DNA from: Chthoniobacterales bacterium
Lineage (GTDB): Bacteria > Verrucomicrobiota > Verrucomicrobiia > Chthoniobacterales > Chthoniobacteraceae
Assembly: GCA_038207335.1 (NCBI GenBank)
Contig: JBBQZX010000016.1
Location: 1-64,000, forward strand
Direction of reading: 5' to 3'
Length of the DNA: 64,000 nt
Shown here: positions 58,601-61,600 of the stretch, piece after piece
Numbering within the stretch: the stretch's first letter is position 1
How the letters are laid out: every line of letters starts with the position of its first letter
Program-made: the position numbers and the translations under genes
Notes under the pieces: model-generated
What the model was told of the DNA's origin: nothing
The model's input: only the letters and a program-made list of their open reading frames with translations
Databases searched by the model: none

Positions 58601-61600
58601 GCTCGTCGTGCCATTCACGGCGATCGAGAAGGTTCCGGTGAACTGCACGCCCGGAACGTTCAGCGTGACCTGCGCGTTACTCAGCGAACCCGCGGCACCC
58701 GTCGAAGTCAGCAGCAGCGCGCCCTCCGCGCCGGTGACGTTGACGAGGCTCGTCGCGCCGTCGCCGAGGCTCAGGCTCACATTTTTCGCAGCGACGCTGA
58801 TGACTTGCGCGCCCGCGACCACTTGCTTGTTGAAGGCGAAGTCGCCCGTGAGCGTCTGGCCGACAACCGACAATTTGAGCTGTGTCGCCTCGAACGTCGT
58901 AACGAGCGCGGTCGTGTCGAACTTCACGAGGATGTCGTGCGCGGTGTTCGGAATCGTCAGCGTCTCGTTCACGATTTGCCCCGCGTTGTTGAAGCGCACG
59001 AGGACGTTGCCGCTGACCGTGATTCCGTCGAAACCGACGACCGCAACCGTGCCCGTCGCGGCGAGAGCGTAGGTGCCGTTCGGGAATTTAATCAGGCCGA
59101 TGGTCGCGTTGCTCACGAGCAGTCCGGTCGCGAGCGGATTGACTTCGCCATTCGAGAGCTTCGACGGACCCTGGCCGAGGAAGATGTTCAGACCTTCGCC
59201 CGCGAAGACCGTCCTTCCGCCGATCGTCGAGAAGCTGACATTGCCCTCGATCGTCACAAAGTTGCCGATGTTCAGCGACAGGTCACCACCGAAGAATTGC
59301 GTGAAATTCTGCGTCCCGACTTTCACTTCGGTGTCGCTGAACCGCACGTTGATCGTCTTCGCGCCGATCGTGATCGTCTCGTCCACCGCCGCGATCGTCG
59401 TGTTGATCCGCACGCCGAAGCTGCCGCCGACGCTGACCGGTCCCGCCGCGACGCTCGCCTCGCCCGTCAGGATGCCCGCGATGCCCGCAGGTTTCAGGAT
59501 GAAGGCGCCGGCGCCGTTCTTGATCCCCTGCCCGTCGATCGTCACCGCGATGTTAGCGAGGCCGATGCGCGTCGTGTTGTTCGGCGCCGTGCCGGTTTGG
59601 TCGAAAAGGAAATCGCCGGTGAGATTGAAGCCGCTCGCGCCGCCGACGTTCAGCGTCGCACCGAGCACGGTGACGCGCAGGAACGGTCCGACGGGCAGGT
59701 CGAGCGTGAGCGTCTGCCCGCCGACCGCGAACGTCTCGTTTACCGCCGTCGCGCTGGTGTTGAGTTGCAGGCGGGCAGTCTGGAAATTGAGCGCCAGCCC
59801 GGCGGCGGCGAGGCCCGGGAAGCTCGCGCTGACCGAGAAATCCGCGGCGATGCCGGTGCGGTTGATGAGTAGCGAACCCTGTCCGTTCGCGATGTGAACG
59901 AATGTGCCGAGATCGAATTGCACGCCGCTGACCGCGACGCGGACGATGCGCTCGCCGAGGCCGTTCGTGGTTTGCTCGAACGCGAAATTTGCGATCAGCG
60001 CGACGCCCGAGAATTTCAGCGTCAGCGCGTCACCCGTCAGACGCAGGTAGCGGTTCGCCGGGTTCGTCGTGTCCACCGCGATCGTGAACATTCCGGAAAA
60101 CTCCACGCCCGGGATATTCGTCGTGACCGCGATGCCCGTGATATTCGCCACGACGCCCGCGGGTTTCAGCGTGAGCGAGCCACTCGCCACATTCGCCGAA
60201 ACGAATTCCGACGTCCCGTCACCGAGTCCGAGATGCACGTTCGCGACCGTGACATCGACCTGCTGCGTCGCGTTGTTTTTCGTGAAAGTAAAGTCACCGC
60301 GAAGCGTCTGGCCCGCGATCGTCAGCGCGACGCCCGTGCCTGAGATGCGCACGTAGTTTCCACCGTCGAGCGTGAGTGTCGTGGTCGCACCGCCGACCGT
60401 GAATTGCTCGCTCACCGGCAAGCCCGTCTGGTTGATTTCCGCGACGAGTGTCGCACTCAAGGAGGCGCCCGGAAGATTGATCGCCGCCGTGCCGCTGAGC
60501 CGTCCCGCGATCGCCGACACGCCCGGAGTGGCCGTCGGCAGGATGATGAAATTTCCCTCTCCGCCAGTGACGCTGACGAATGCCGTGGTGCCATCACCGA
60601 GCACCACACTGACATTCGTCGCAGCGACCCGCACGATGCGGCTCGCGCTGCCCGGGGGACCGCGCGTGACCTGCTCCAGCGAGAAATTTCCACTGATGAC
60701 CTGGCCCGCGACGCTGAGCGAGACGTTGCTCGCGGCGACGCGCAGATAAGGCCCGGCGGGAAGTTGCACGCGCACCGTCTGGCCCGCGACGACGATGCTT
60801 TCGTCCCCCGCGGCGGCGGTGTTGTTCAGCGAAACGGAGAACGCGCCGGTGAACGTGACGCCCGGCACATTCAGGCCGACCGTGCCGCTCAGCGTGCCCG
60901 CCGTGCCCGCAGGCGAGAGCACGAAAAAGCCGTGGCCATTCGTGACGCTGACAAACTCCGTCGTGCCGTCGCCGAGGCTGAGTTTCGCCTCGGTGACCGC
61001 GATGCGGACGCGGACTTCACCGGCCGGATTCGTCAAGCGCTCGAGCGCGAAATTGCCGCTCAAGGTCTGGCCGAGGACGGTCAGCGTCGCGGGCGTGAGC
61101 GCGTCGATTTGCGCGACCTCGACGCGGACGAAAGGCCCGGCGGGCAGCGTCAGCGCGATGGTTTCGGTGCCGACCGTGAAGTTCTCGTTCACCGCGGCGA
61201 GCGTGTTGTTCACCTTCACGCTGACTTTCCCGCTGAATGCCAACCCGCCCGCGACGTTAAGTTGCGCGCTGGCGACGATTTGGCCCGCGACTCCCGCCGG
61301 GGTGAAGATGAATGCGCCCGCGAGATTTCCGACGCTCACGAGACCGCCGCCGATGTCGATGCTGCCGTTCAAAATAGCGAGGCGCGTGACGCGTTCGCCG
61401 TTCGACTTCGTGAGCTGCTCGATCGCGAAATCGCCACCGATCGTCTGGCCTGCGACCGTCAGCGAAACGCCCGTCCCGGCGATGCGCAGATACGGCCCGG
61501 TGCCGCCGGGAACATTGAGCACCACGGCCCGCGCACCGATGTTGAAAGTCTCCTGCACGAGCGCGCCGGTCGTGTTCAGCGCGAGTTGGAACGTCCCGCC